Shown: positions 29,489-44,207, counted from the first letter of the stretch. The stretch is DNA of 64,000 nt from Tubiluchus corallicola (GCA_030141605.1 JAQGDQ010000548.1:1-64000); one strand, 5' to 3'. A program made the numbers and translations. The notes: a model not told the origin generated them from the letters alone.

Positions 29489-29493
29489 GTTAA

Positions 29494-30121
29494 AGTAAAA
29501 CCGGACTCAATATTAGACTATTGGTCAAAACAATCTACTCTTTAAAATATTATTTAAAATATTTAAAAACACACTATTTTTTCAAAAATGACTTGTGTGA
29601 AAGAATTATTACCACACAAACACAATTTCACGTTCGCGCCACTAGCTCTTCGCTGTTACATGCATTTCGCCATTCGCTAGATAGACAGGTATTAGCGCCT
29701 GCATTTCGGAAGCGCATTGCACAAAAAACAGGTGCTGTACCTCTCAGTTGAGATGTGTCAGTTTGTGATGAACTACACAAGTTTGACAGCTCATGCGTGA
29801 GCACAGCGGTAGATTTGAAATTTGATTTTTTATCTTAAAACTTGCCTAGTTTCAGTACAACACACTGAATACCTTACAGCAGCACTGTACTTCAATTTTC
29901 GCTTTCGCACATACGTGCAACACGCTCGTAGAATACTTTTGCTATAGAAAATTGTGTTAGTTTGTGATGTCATCAATAGTTGGGCTCGTCCGCCGTTAAT
30001 TAAGGTATTAATCAATTATTTAATTATCAGAAACGCTTTTACAGTATTAATTGTGTTAAAATGTTTACTTTTTATCGGACTTGAAAATGGGATAGTATAT
30101 GAAAAATCATCCAGTCTTCCT
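29494..30121 (-). mobile_element. Kolobok/T2-type non-autonomous DNA transposon, full-length copy
   Basis: TTAA on both sides (29490-29493, 30122-30125); AG...CT termini with imperfect TIRs AGTAAAACCGGA / AGGAAGACTGGA; about 630 bp. Confidence 0.85.
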
Positions 30122-30559
30122 TTAAGAATGACTGCTTTAGGTCCTTACATTTAGTTTCCTCGTTGGCACATCACATTAAAGCTACTAAATAAAATACTAA
30201 GTACTCTCGTGCCCGTACTGATTTGACTGGTTTTTCAACTGCCTCTTTTGGAAGTTTGCCCTCTTTGTATTTACTCCTGATTATAATTGAAAAAACGTAT
30301 TGGAATCCTATGTTTGGCCCATACCATGTGTACAACTGTTTTAGTGATCTCTTCACTGTTCTGTGTTATGTTCATTCAGTGTAACTCAGACGTGATAAAG
30401 CGACGGCATGCTTCTGTGAAACTTAGTGCTGCTATCCAACCCAAAACATGTAGCTTTGGTCATTTCACAATCCTTCCATTGGCTTTCCATTTCACAAAAC
30501 TCCCAATTCTGACCTTTTAAATTTCACAAACCGTAAAACTATGATGGAATGTTACATGC

Positions 30560-31110
30560 ACATCTGTTACAAAAAACTATTAATCCCTATTATACTATTG
30601 GCCTCACTGGTTTCCTGTGATTTACTGAGCTGGTAAAATACTTGTCACTGACCACCCAGACTTGCGGTCCAAGAGATCCAGTTAATGTCGAAAAGTTCGT
30701 AAGGTAACAAAATTTTCACATTTCATTTAAACTTTCTTGTCATGTCATCTAGTCAGATAAAGAACTCAGTTTGTCACGTTTTCCGATATTCCTTGCACCA
30801 ACTCTTTCCCAATCCCCTAGGTCCTTCTTATTTTGCTGATCTAGTCAATTTTCATGTTACTAGACGTTCATTGAGGTCAGAGCGGTTTTACTCTAGCAGT
30901 CACCGATCGACAAAGAATCAGCACTCGGTACGGTGAACGTGCTTTTGCCAGTACGAGAATGGAGTAAACATCCTTTTAGCTTGCGTTCTATTACTGATTT
31001 TAATTGTTTTAAAATGAGTCTTAAAACTTATCTTTTTACCTTAATGTTTTGCTAGTGCGCCTGTTGAATTGTTATTGGGTACTTATATTTTTATTGCAGT
31101 CATTTTTAAT
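30560..31110 (+). mobile_element. L2-like LINE 3' fragment (degenerate)
   Basis: GLTGFL/LHW-like segment, LGPSYFADLV...RRSLRS, GERAF, FKMSLKTYLF. Confidence 0.6.
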
Positions 31111-31194
31111 TTGTAAACCTATATTATAACGGATCTGATGACAATAACTGGTGGATTACAAAAACCCCACAAAAAGAATTTTGTGCACAAATCA

Positions 31195-31830
31195 ACACAC
31201 AACCCACACCACACCACTCCACCTCATCACATCACACTGCACCACACCATACCACTCCACCTCATCGCACCACACTGCACCACACAATACCACCACACCG
31301 CACCGCACCACACCATACCACCTACACCGTAATACTCCACCACATCACACCGCACAGCACCACACCATAACACCACACTGCACTACACCACCCACCCACC
31401 TACACACCACACCACCCACACCATACCACTCCACCACATCACACCACACCGCACCACACCATACCACTGCAGCACACTGCAGCACACTGCACCACCCACA
31501 CCATACGACTCCACCACATCACACCACACTGCACCACACCATACCACTGCACTGCACCACCCACACACCACACCACACCACACCACCCACACCATAATAC
31601 TCCACCACATCACACCGCACTGCACCACAACACCCACCCACACACCACGCCACCCACTCCATACCACACTACCCACACCACACCCCACACACCCTATCCC
31701 CCCACCACACCATCCATAGCACAACACACAAAGCACACCACCACCACACCACATCAAATCCACCACCTCACGTGGTGATCATGATATTGATGATGATGAT
31801 GATGATGGTGATGGTGGCAACGATGACGAC
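31195..31830. repeat. Degenerate (CACAC)n tract plus (GAT)n inside a dispersed repeat
   Basis: flank at 31755-31915 matches 3390-3550. Confidence 0.85.
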
Positions 31831-32049
31831 ACCTATAGCACAAGCACCAACAGCACAGCATTACAACAAAACCATTCCAAACATTTTTCACAAAGTTGAA
31901 ACGATGTGCTATAATGTAATAAATAGCAAAGGCCCCGATTTTGCGTATAAATACACGCGTAGTCAATAACACGCGAACATCCGACGTCACAACAATGGCA
32001 TTGCGTCAGTAGTTTTCTATGCGAAAATTGCCGAAAATAGAACATCTAA

Positions 32050-32858
32050 TTAACTCACCAGTACTCCTCTCGGTGGACCTGTCCTAAAATGTAGCTCATA
32101 TCATCGCATAGCTCTGTCCTTCCTCTTTCTAAAGAGCCCCATATCTTCTTCCGAGAGTCCCACCAGGCGCCGCTAGGACGTTTTTCCCACAGGCTGTTTG
32201 GTCAAAATTTCGAAAAAATCGCGAGTTGGGTCCGGGAAAACGCCCGTTGCGGGACCCCGTGGCCCTCTCGCGAATTATAAATAGGCCTATGACACCCACC
32301 GCTGAACGGGCTATCTATCCATACCCAGCACCACCTTCGACCCGTTCCCGTTCTCTACATCTCAGCCGTATAACTTTTGCAAAAAACGGCCGAAAAATGG
32401 CCATTTTTGGAGGTTTTTTGCTCCCCGTTCCTCCCGGTGGGCCCGATTCGAAAAATAAACCATCAATGAGAAGACACTAGATCGAGACCTTTCGTTTGAT
32501 GTATAGGTCGCCGCAAATGGTGCCGTCGTCCGAGCTGTAGCCTCGAATCTTATATATATATATATATACCAAGAATATCAATATAAGAGTATAGATACTA
32601 CACCCACCGCTGAACGGGCTATCTATCCATACCCAGCACCATCCTGGGCCCATTCCAGATCTCCACATCTCAGCCGTATAACTTTTGCAAAAAACGGCCG
32701 AAAAACGGCCATTTTTGGAGGTTTTTCGCCCCCCCCCCTCCTTCCGGTGGGCCCGATTGGAAAAATAAACCATCAATGGCACGACACTAGATCGAGACCT
32801 TTAGTTTGATATATAGATCGCCGCAAATGGTGCCCTCGTCCGGGCTGTAACCTCGAAT

Positions 32859-32914
<56 letters not shown>

Positions 32915-32960
32915 AAGAATATTAATATATAAGATAGATACCAGTAGAATTAATATATAG
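32050..32960 (-). mobile_element. Helitron-like non-autonomous element with tandemly duplicated 5' part
   Basis: GC-rich; two units of about 320 bp each ending in (TA)n; a third, opposite-strand 5' fragment at 22736-22870 begins atctattatattaata; 3' hairpin/CTAG not located. Confidence 0.5.
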
Positions 32961-34059
32961 AAGATTGCTACTGCAGCAGCTCCTGCTGCTGCTATTTTTG
33001 CTTCTGGCTGTATTTGTTCGCAAAAGACGTTTTAATTAATTACTTTTAGCAGATAACGAAAAAGTGAAAACTGGTGAAAAGGTGTACTAGTTTGTACGAT
33101 AGACAGGTGACCAATTTTTGTAAATAGAACAAAAGTGGATTTGTTGTATATACACGTAAAACAGACTAGGCCCCAGAGCTGTGCCCTGAGGAAACAATGC
33201 CTGTTTCGTTTTAAACTCTTTTACATCAAGTAAAAATTCTATGCCTGTCACAGAACTATGTAGATTTTACTAGTTACAACAGTTGTGCAATTAAGAACAC
33301 AATTAGCAACGAGTAATTAAGCCTAGTTTTCCATTTGTCGCAAAAATTTTGTTCACCAATGTCTATGTCGATGTTTGTCCCTGAACTGAATAGGACAATC
33401 ATGTGGGTCACTAATCCGAAATTGCCTATTTAAACGCTGCTATGAGACGAAAAGCTCACGTACATGTATTGAGCCTGCGTGTCTCACAGCAATTAACAAT
33501 AGTTGTTATTATTATTGTTATTATAGTGATTTTTAATATTAAATTATAGATTGCAATGGCAAACGGTCTGGGAATGACAACCATATTAGTAAGTATAATA
33601 TACAATCTATTATAAGTAAAAATACTACAATGAGTAAAAAAATCTTTATGTAAGAAACACTTGTTTTGCATCTTGCATTGTGAATTTGTTGTTTCTTACA
33701 ATTTAATCGCTCATGCAATCATGTATTCCATTCATCGTGCACTCGTTCTTTCATCTTTTGATGTCCTTTTCCCTTTTTCTCTTCTCTTCTCTTCTCTTAA
33801 TTTTGAACGTTGAATTTTCATTTTGCTTACGTCATGCACAACTTACGACTTGTGTCATTTTGAATTTTGAAAAGTGAAACGAAACCTCGTTTCAGGAAGA
33901 GTAAACCAAATTTGTTTATATCAAAAAGCAAATCGATAATGTAATCAAATGCAAAATATGCAAAAAGTGTTGCTTGACTTTTACTTTATACTTCCACGCT
34001 GAAACACGCTCGACTTGTCACCGTATTTTCAATTATAATAGCAGAGTATGCATTCATAG

Positions 34060-34505
34060 CAAACTCGACAATACCACAAACTTCATGATCTTAAAGTAGA
34101 ACCAATGCTATGAAACATTCTGTCTTGTACAATGGTGCTAAAATGCTGAATAATTTACCCAGTAAAACAAAACAAGCGAGTATTTTAAATAAATGAAACT
34201 TTTTAAAAATATTTATTAGAAAACGTGTGATTTGACAAATCATGTAACATGTAAATCTTTTACAATAATTATACAATTTTATCGTACTAATCATTTTTGC
34301 ATCCATTTAACCTACACTTTTAATTATTTGCATGTACTATGTGTTTTTATTGTACTAACCATGTACTATGTATTTTGTACTTTTAACTGTAATTTTACTT
34401 TCTATACATTGTCGATATTTTTTACGAAGTTTTTAATGGTTATATAAATCTCTAGATTTCTGTTCATAGATGTATTATAAATAAATAAATAAAAATAAAA
34501 TAAAA
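34060..34505 (+). mobile_element. CR1-group LINE 3' end
   Basis: RTNAMKHSVLYNGAKMLNNLP followed by a T-rich 3' UTR and (aaat)n tail. Confidence 0.65.
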
Positions 34506-34645
34506 TAGATGTATTTATGCTTCTTGGTTGAAATAAGTCAAATATTCGTAACTACATTTTGTGAACTGTGTAGTTGTACTTATAATATCATAATCATATC
34601 ATAATTATTAATTTTGGCCTCTTGCTAAATCGTTAATATTTTCAG

Positions 34646-34772
34646 GTTCTGACGCTTCTGCTAATATTAACTGGAACGGATGGTCAATACTCTGGCAAGG
34701 ATGTAAAAGAAATAGTAAAGTTTGCACATCTTGCTTCTAAGGTTAAGGAAACGCAGAAGACATTAGAAAACG
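34646..34772 (+). CDS. Pentraxin-domain secreted protein, exon A (end of signal peptide and short helical linker)
   Basis: tttcag acceptor and gtaag donor; phase 0 to 1; translates VLTLLLILTGTDG/QYSGKDVKEIVKFAHLASKVKETQKTLEN; phase-compatible with the next exon. Confidence 0.75.
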
Positions 34773-35353
34773 GTAAGAAAAATATGTCTTAATGAGACAG
34801 GCCCTAATTGACTACAATTAACACTTTTTTGTAGACAACAAGATAGAGGGAGAGGGGGAGGGGAGAAACCTACTTCCCCCCGAAGCGTTTTTGTCCAATA
34901 TCAGAAAGAAATTTACGTGCTAACTAAAATAGATATGATTTCGCAGTATAATAGTAGTGAACGACTTCTATTGCATACTTCTGCTAAACAGTGGTATAAC
35001 AAGTCTATTGATTCTAATTCGAGCGTGCTATTGGTCATTGGTTAAGGGGCTTGTCTGCTGTACTAAAGAACTATGTCTGCTGTACTAGGACCTGCGGGGA
35101 GACAGTAGGGTGAATAGTAAGTCCATGTGTGGAGATTTTCCTAAATTATCAGGGGTGAATTACGTCCTACGATGCTTCATAAGTGCCATAATTAGAACCT
35201 TTACGCCAGCCATAATAAGCTAAGTTGTCCCAAAAATGCGCCAAGACATTTTACTACTGAATTAACGGAGGGTTGAGTATGTATTGGGCTCCCTGAACAA
35301 TCTAATTCACTGCATCAAAGCTGTTGCTTGGAATAAGATCTTCTGGATATTAA

Positions 35354-35940
35354 AGGAAGACTGGATGATTTCTTACATACTACCCCATTTTCAAATCCAA
35401 TAAAAAGTATGCATTTTAACACAATTAATATTGCAAAGGCATTTCTGATAATTAAATAAATCATTAAGATCTTAATTAATGACGAGCGAGCCCAACTATT
35501 GATGACGTCACGAACTAACATCATTTTCAAGAGCAAAAATATTCCATGAGCTTGTTGCACATGTTTGTAAAAGCGAAAGTTGGAGTACAGTGCCACTGTA
35601 AGATGTTCAGTTTGTGATGCTAAAGCTAAGCAAGTTTTAAGATAAAAAATCATTTTCCAAATTTTATTGTGCTCATGCATGAGGTGTTAAACGTGTGTAG
35701 TTCGTCACAAACTAACACATTTGCACTGGGCGGTAGAGCGCACTTTTTTGTGTAATGCAATTCCGAGATTCCCAAAAATTAGCGAGTGGTGCAATGCGCG
35801 AAAATTGGCGCGAAATTTGTTTATGTGGTAATAATTCTTTCACGTTAGTCATACTTGAAAAATAGTGTTTCCTTTCTATATTTTAAATACTTTCCATGAT
35901 TTGTTTTGACCTACCGTTTCAGAATGGGTCCGGTTTTGCT
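35354..35940 (+). mobile_element. Kolobok/T2-type element in a pentraxin intron
   Basis: ttaa|aggaagactggatg...gtccggttttgct|gtaa. Confidence 0.8.
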
Positions 35941-36262
35941 GTAAGCAACGTCGGTTAGATATAGTTTCCGTATGCTAAGTCTGAGAGTTCACTAATCAAG
36001 CTTTTGCAAAAGATGTTCTATTAAAATTTTTACATATTGGTCCAATATATACGAAAAATAATTTACATTGCACCTAATGTGTAACCATTATATAGATAGG
36101 CCTAAATATGCATTAATAAGCACAATGTGATTAAGTGAAGATGTTAAATATAAACTGTGATTATTACTAACACTATTAAGATGATTATTTTATTAAATAA
36201 TAAATTAACATTTCATCCCCTCCAGATTGTCCCCATATTTATTCAACGATATCTTTTTACAG

Positions 36263-36399
36263 AGCTCGTACCTTGTGACAGCTTAGGAGGGTTTGACCTC
36301 AGGTGGTCAGGAATACCCATTGAACCGTTTCTGTACTTCACCAATGCATATTTTCTTTCGAAGATGCAAGATCGGGTTTCGGAATTTACCTGGTGCATG
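36263..36399 (+). CDS. Pentraxin-domain protein, exon B
   Basis: tttttacag acceptor and gtgag donor; phase 1 to 0; ELVPCDSLGGFDLRWSGIPIEPFLYFTNAYFLSKMQDRVSEFTWCM joins W of the next exon to give the pentraxin FTxCxW motif. Confidence 0.85.
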
Positions 36400-36644
36400 G
36401 TGAGTATGAACAGCCAACGATGTTTTAACTCTTTGTGGATCTCATTTTTCGGGTTGGAAATGTGTTAGACGTTTTTTAATTAACAAATATACAGATATAC
36501 AAATAACAGGGACTTATTAATAAAAGAAAGTTTATCTATGTACACTAATAAGCCTTCTTTTAATGTACAAAGCATTTTGATTCCTTTAAGTTTATTTTCA
36601 AACACTTAGATACTTATTACTATATCAGTTTCGTTTCTTCAGTG

Positions 36645-36775
36645 CCATAATAGGCGCTGCCTATATAAACTGGTTGTACGTTTGCAAATTTACCACTGAT
36701 GATGAAAGCAGCAGCCTGTCGAAACGTTTGGCATGGTTTTTACTTTTTAATGTAAAAGTTTTAATAAAGTTGTGT
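36645..36775 (+). mobile_element. Penelope-like element terminal repeat with minimal hammerhead ribozyme motif
   Basis: TATA-like ctatataaa (36661), cca-CTGATGA-t-stem-GAAACGTT-tgg (36693-36731), aataaa (about 36763). Confidence 0.65.
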
Positions 36776-37667
36776 AATCTTTAACTATAAAAATACAGAA
36801 TCAGTTTAATCGAGCATAAGATTTGAAATCACAAAAAAATCAGAAAAAATCCGATCCGCCATCCATATATCGAACAAGATCTCTCAAAAGTGAGACAGCG
36901 TCTGGCAACAGTGCATTATTTCCGTTTTTCAAATGAAGAAGAAGTATTTCTATGTTTAAAAATGACTTTATTTCAAACAAAAGACGTCAGGCGTGAATAT
37001 GAAGCTGTTAGTGAAGTGAAAATGTCTATCACAAATTATCATCAACTGCTGTTAACATTTTCACAAGAGTGCTGTACTCCTCAGAACAGGAAAAATAACC
37101 ATTACAATAAAATCTCTGTTTATTTTACTAAAATATTAACCGTAAGCTTTAAACATTTTTAAAATTTTAGTCATAAACTGTCATAATTGTCTCATTAAAT
37201 GTCTTATTGAGAGGGTGGCTGACCTCGATAACTTATAGTTCTTTCACCACTAATCAATAATCACTTTTGCACTTTGTAATATTAATTTATTTTGTACAGA
37301 TTTATAAATCACTTAGTTACGTATTTTGCTATTTTAAAAATTGTGATAAACTTACTTACTTACTTACTTACCTACCTACCTACCTACCTACCTACCTACC
37401 TACCGACCGACCGACCGACCGACCTACCTACCTACCTACCTACCTACCTACCTACCTACCTACTTACTTACTATGGACACATTATTGCTAATATCTATTT
37501 TATGTACCATCATGCAAAATCTATTCTAAACCTGTTGCTATGTTAATTCAAATAAATTTAAATTGGAAAGATATCTCATAACAAAGATATAAATCAACAA
37601 ATAAATGAATATAACTTTCTGTATGTGTACCGAATCGGAAATAATATATATTTTTTGTTTATTGTAG

Positions 37668-37813
37668 TGGTTAAAGCCTTATCCTACTATCCTCTTTGGT
37701 GAAGAACCAACTAATGTGGTCATGCTTGCTTCCACAATTTCCGGTGACGTTCTTCTTGAACTTTCCATCGGTGATTTCAATCAGTTAATCATCTCAGTAG
37801 CTGGAACTGAAAT
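37668..37813 (+). CDS. Pentraxin-domain protein, exon C
   Basis: ttgtag acceptor and gtaag donor; phase 0 to 2; WLKPYPTILFGEEPTNVVMLASTISGDVLLELSIGDFNQLIISVAGTE. Confidence 0.85.
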
Positions 37814-38109
37814 GTAAGTAAATTTAAATTGTAGCTGAGTAAATACGCGCGCATGCGCAGACCGAGTGGCTCGTGACCGCTGGTGTTTGAGATACTCGTT
37901 GGGCAATTTCATATATAACACTTTTACAGCATGCAGACCAAACAACTGATCATGTGCATATCTACAAAATCAGTTTTTCAGGAGTGTAATTGATTGACTG
38001 ACTCACTGATTGACTCCCTCAATGACTGCCTGACTGACTGACTGACTGACTGACTAGCCTATGGACTTACAAATTTACACACTGTGTCACTTTTTTGTTG
38101 ACTGACTGA

Positions 38110-38333
<224 letters not shown>

Positions 38334-38416
38334 CTCCTATAAGCAAAAGCTACGTAGAATGTTCATGCACAAAATGCTTTTGTGGGATTTTTTATAATTA
38401 TTTATATGATTTACAG

Positions 38417-38529
38417 AATAATAGAGGGATTTCTCAACTTAGTGGAAGGCGAGAAAGTTTGGCACAATTTGTGCGTTACTTGGAAGGCAGGGGAAGAGCT
38501 GAAAGTGTTCCTTGATGGAATATTGCGAG
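38417..38529 (+). CDS. Pentraxin-domain protein, exon D (HxCxTW signature)
   Basis: ttacag acceptor and gtaag donor; phase 2 to 1; IIEGFLNLVEGEKVWHNLCVTWKAGEELKVFLDGILR matches the pentraxin/LamG WHxxCVTW...xxDG pattern. Confidence 0.9.
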
Positions 38530-39359
38530 GTAAGTGATGAAAAAAACAAGTGAACATGCTATTTCTTTAACATAAGCATGACAACATGGTTTAGACAATA
38601 TGGCGGAACGGCTGTTTGCTCATTTTTGAAATTGATTTAATCGAAAATGCGGGACAGCAAGACTGGTGCTTAAATTTTGTCCCAAGTTCAAAAACCTAAT
38701 CTTCGTTTCTTACACAAAATAAACACGAAGTTACTCGCATTGTATCTTTCTATTGGGTCCTATTGTTTAGGTGAAGAAAAAACCCAAGAACAAATGATTA
38801 AAATATATTAAGCAAAATTAGGTAATGATGTTTACAATGATTAAGCAGGTCAGTTACATCAGTACAATGATACTTTTTGGCTAACTGCATACAGGGATGT
38901 TTCAAAACTTTACGATGCCCTAGGCATATTGTTCTGTCTCTATTGTGAATTTATGGTTGCTTATATAACGAGCAGTTAAACAATCATTTATGGTGTATTA
39001 GACATACTATTAAGCTAGTTTCAACGAAGTCATTGTTAGTTAAACGTATTTGCTTAGTGCTTATTACTATTCCTTTATTCCGTGCTATTACTACTTGCGA
39101 TAGTATTACTTGTACTCCTGCTACCTGCTATATGGGGAGTTAGGTATCAGTCTCTCCACTTCATTTCTTTGATCTGTTTTCCTTTAATTTTTCTAAAATC
39201 TTGTGTCAGGTAGAGTCACTTTATTGCAGAACAAAATCTAGTGACATGCATGATCTTTGTACGACTAATTTTTACTGGTGTTAAGTCACAAGTTCTGATT
39301 TCACTGAAACTTTGAAGCACAACAGTAATTCCATACATGTAATAACATGCATGTTAACT

Positions 39360-40317
39360 NNNNNNNNNNNNNNNNNNNNNNNNNNNNNNNNNNNNNNNNN
39401 NNNNNNNNNNNNNNNNNNNNNNNNNNNNNNNNNNNNNNNNNNNNNNNNNNNNNNNNNNNNNNNNNNNNNNNNNNNNNNNNNNNNNNNNNNNNNNNNNNNN
39501 NNNNNNNNNNNNNNNNNNNNNNNNNNNNNNNNNNNNNNNNNNNNNNNNNNNNNNNNNNNNNNNNNNNNNNNNNNNNNNNNNNNNNNNNNNNNNNNNNNNN
39601 NNNNNNNNNNNNNNNNNNNNNNNNNNNNNNNNNNNNNNNNNNNNNNNNNNNNNNNNNNNNNNNNNNNNNNNNNNNNNNNNNNNNNNNNNNNNNNNNNNNN
39701 NNNNNNNNNNNNNNNNNNNNNNNNNNNNNNNNNNNNNNNNNNNNNNNNNNNNNNNNNNNNNNNNNNNNNNNNNNNNNNNNNNNNNNNNNNNNNNNNNNNN
39801 NNNNNNNNNNNNNNNNNNNNNNNNNNNNNNNNNNNNNNNNNNNNNNNNNNNNNNNNNNNNNNNNNNNNNNNNNNNNNNNNNNNNNNNNNNNNNNNNNNNN
39901 NNNNNNNNNNNNNNNNNNNNNNNNNNNNNNNNNNNNNNNNNNNNNNNNNNNNNNNNNNNNNNNNNNNNNNNNNNNNNNNNNNNNNNNNNNNNNNNNNNNN
40001 NNNNNNNNNNNNNNNNNNNNNNNNNNNNNNNNNNNNNNNNNNNNNNNNNNNNNNNNNNNNNNNNNNNNNNNNNNNNNNNNNNNNNNNNNNNNNNNNNNNN
40101 NNNNNNNNNNNNNNNNNNNNNNNNNNNNNNNNNNNNNNNNNNNNNNNNNNNNNNNNNNNNNNNNNNNNNNNNNNNNNNNNNNNNNNNNNNNNNNNNNNNN
40201 NNNNNNNNNNNNNNNNNNNNNNNNNNNNNNNNNNNNNNNNNNNNNNNNNNNNNNNNNNNNNNNNNNNNNNNNNNNNNNNNNNNNNNNNNNNNNNNNNNNN
40301 NNNNNNNNNNNNNNNNN
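39360..40317. other. Assembly gap (958 N)
   Basis: N run followed by (CA)n. Confidence 1.
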
Positions 40318-40498
40318 ACACACACACACACACACACACACACGCATAACGAATTTGAAATTCTTTTCTTCAAAAATTATGTTGATTACTTCGAATTTGA
40401 AATTGTTTATTCTGTAAGTGACATCGATTATAACAAATTAAAGTTCGATTATTTCGAATTCAACCAGTAATAGTTTGTTTTCTTTTTCGTTTAAAAAG

Positions 40499-40781
40499 CG
40501 TAACCAAGACGTGTTTTAACCCTCCTGGAGATATTATCTCTTGGGACAGGAATCACATCGAAATCGGAGGGCGTGTCAGTTTTGACCTCCTCCCGTCCAC
40601 TTGTCCGTCCGTAGGAGATGACCCAGAGATGTGTCCGCCGGTTTCTTCTCCTAAGTTTCTGGACGCCTACAAAGCGTTGCTGGATTTTGTTTTCAACTTC
40701 AATCATGTTATAGGCACGTCAAATAAACCTCGACCCCAGCACATCCCACATCGCCGCCGCCGCCGTCCCCACCGTTACTAA
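40499..40781 (+). CDS. Pentraxin-domain protein, terminal exon
   Basis: pyrimidine tract plus aag acceptor; VTKTCFNPPGDIISWDRNHIEIGGRVSF... matches the pentraxin C-terminal C..PGNIIxW...GG motif; stop TAA 40779-40781; AATAAA near 41010. Confidence 0.85.
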
Positions 40782-41124
40782 ACGCTGAAGTTTCCCAACA
40801 TCTTGATACAAAGATGCAAACATCTGGATACTTTCTATATAAGCTAAATCTTTGTTTTTAAACTGTATTGCACAGTAGTAACTTTAGTTAATTCAAGTTT
40901 CTTTTTGTAAAAATATATCAAATACCAAATGTATGACAAATATCTGATGTATGACAAAATATGATGTGTATATCTGTACTTATAATAATTACTATTAACT
41001 TTTTGTTTTAATAAAATAAAGCAGCAATATTAATGGTTTTTGTTTGTTTATTTGCTTATTTATACTTCGATCTACTCTACCCATCTTTGTTGTTTATGTG
41101 TCTATATTAGCTACGTACACGTGC

Positions 41125-41831
<707 letters not shown>

Positions 41832-42980
41832 AGATGTACGTAAATGCTCAATTGTTCATTAATCAAGATTGTGGTTCCCAGAATTTTTTATCATCCTTGC
41901 GGTTTATTTTACCAAGTATTAACCATTGCGAGTAAATAATTATAAACAATGATTTTTTGTATTAATTAGAACATGGCTCCCATTGTTTGCCTCACAATTT
42001 GCACACAAACTAGTAGACTCTCTACGCATGCGTGGGATTAAATCTGGTTAAACTAATGTTCCTAGTTCTTTTTTAAATTTCCTTCCCAAAAGTTTCGTCT
42101 TTCACACATGTTGTCTGTGAGTTTCGCAAATCCAGCTTCCGGTCTGAGGTCACTCCCCTGTCTGACGCCATCAGATTTTACCAGCCAGGCTAAAATTATC
42201 AAAAAAGCTAAAATTATGGGTAATTTCATTCATTATCACGGTGACAGATAAATTGAAAGGAAACCACAGTGACAAATGACGCAACGTCACGGTGATTGCT
42301 CGTGGCTGGGGATAATCTACGGTCGCCCCGAAGCTGTAAAGCTAAAATAAATTGTCGCGTTCGATAAAACCACGACAGAAGTACTTCTTTTGAACACTCG
42401 AATTACAATAATTGTACTATTTTACATAAAATATATAGAACACAGAACATTGCAAAATGTAGAAGGAAGTCATTATAAGAATCATACAAGTGGCAGTGTG
42501 TTTTTAGAGTAATAATAGTAATTATTAAAAAACTAAAATGAATCAGAAGTGACGACTGGCGTTCTCACGGTCTATTGAAGCATTTTCTTGCATTTTTCTG
42601 TACCCAAGTATCCTGTACTACTTGATTAAAATCATTTTAATCGTTAGGTAAAATAAAAATGATCAAATCTCTTCGTTCCAGGAGTAGATACTGTCAAACT
42701 GAATAAGTTGTACGCCATACTAACGTATCTTACTCTCACTTTATTGTGTACAATATTCACATTGCTTACCAATCTTGTTAATTAATGTTATTTTCGGCTT
42801 GTTGACTGTTTGTAATGATTGTACCACGAGTACGAATAAAATTTGTGTAAAAAAGGTGTGTGTGCGTGCGTGCAGTTAGTTAAATCTTTTATTTAGCAAT
42901 TAAATTTTAGTTAAGACATTTTTCATTTTATGTATTGCATTTTATATTGACGTTTTCTTGTGAAATAAAGTTGCAGTCTG

Positions 42981-43433
<453 letters not shown>

Positions 43434-43982
43434 GATATTTGCCTAAATAAAGCAGCAATGAAATAAAAAAACTCGATATTTCTATAAACACAGTGGTATT
43501 AAATACGTGCTAGAATATATATATTTATTTTTTAGTTTTCTGTTATCATTTAAACTTAGAAAACTTCAATCGACACGAAAAATTTGCAGAAACTGTCTGT
43601 AAATCACAAAGTTCATTTCCTGCTGTATAGAAATTTTCAGTTGCAGTGGTAGCCGCCATTCACTTCAGAATTATGACGTAACTGGTGGACTTTGTTACTT
43701 CTCCTAAGCACATCATGACGTCATTGCTGGAAAAATGGGCATTGAAAGTTGGGAGCATGAAAGCATGAAGTGCTCGCGACTTTAAAGTCATTTTAATAAT
43801 TGCAGGAGACCCGTATAACCCTTTCGTTACTAAATCTTGCAAACTTTTCCCCAGACTTCGAAAGCATTCCAGAAAGCTTGACTTTTCCTTTAATTCTTCG
43901 TTAAACTATCTCATATTGTATTTAGTTTGAACGTCTTCAATTAAATCATTGTGCTTTCTTATGTTCAACTGTTTTGTATTAA

Positions 43983-44165
43983 AGGAAGACAGGATGATTT
44001 TTCTTGTACTTCCCAATTTTGAAATCCGACAAAAAGTATATTTTTTGACACAATTTGCACTGCAAAAGCGATTCTGATAATTAAATAATATTACTAATAT
44101 AAATTAACAAGCCCAACTATTGGTGACTTCACAAACTAACATAATTTTCTATGCACAAAGTTATA
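43983..44165 (+). mobile_element. Kolobok/T2-type element, 5' fragment
   Basis: ttaa|aggaagacaggatgattttt; similarity lost after about 180 bp. Confidence 0.7.
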
Positions 44166-44207
44166 CTATCAAAAAAATTTGTACAAACTGGAATGGTGTC
44201 TTTTCAC

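Noticed and set aside
39281-40417. Long ORFs of X residues
   Set aside because: Translation of the N gap.
40491-40706. - strand 71-aa ORF
   Set aside because: Antisense shadow of the pentraxin terminal exon.
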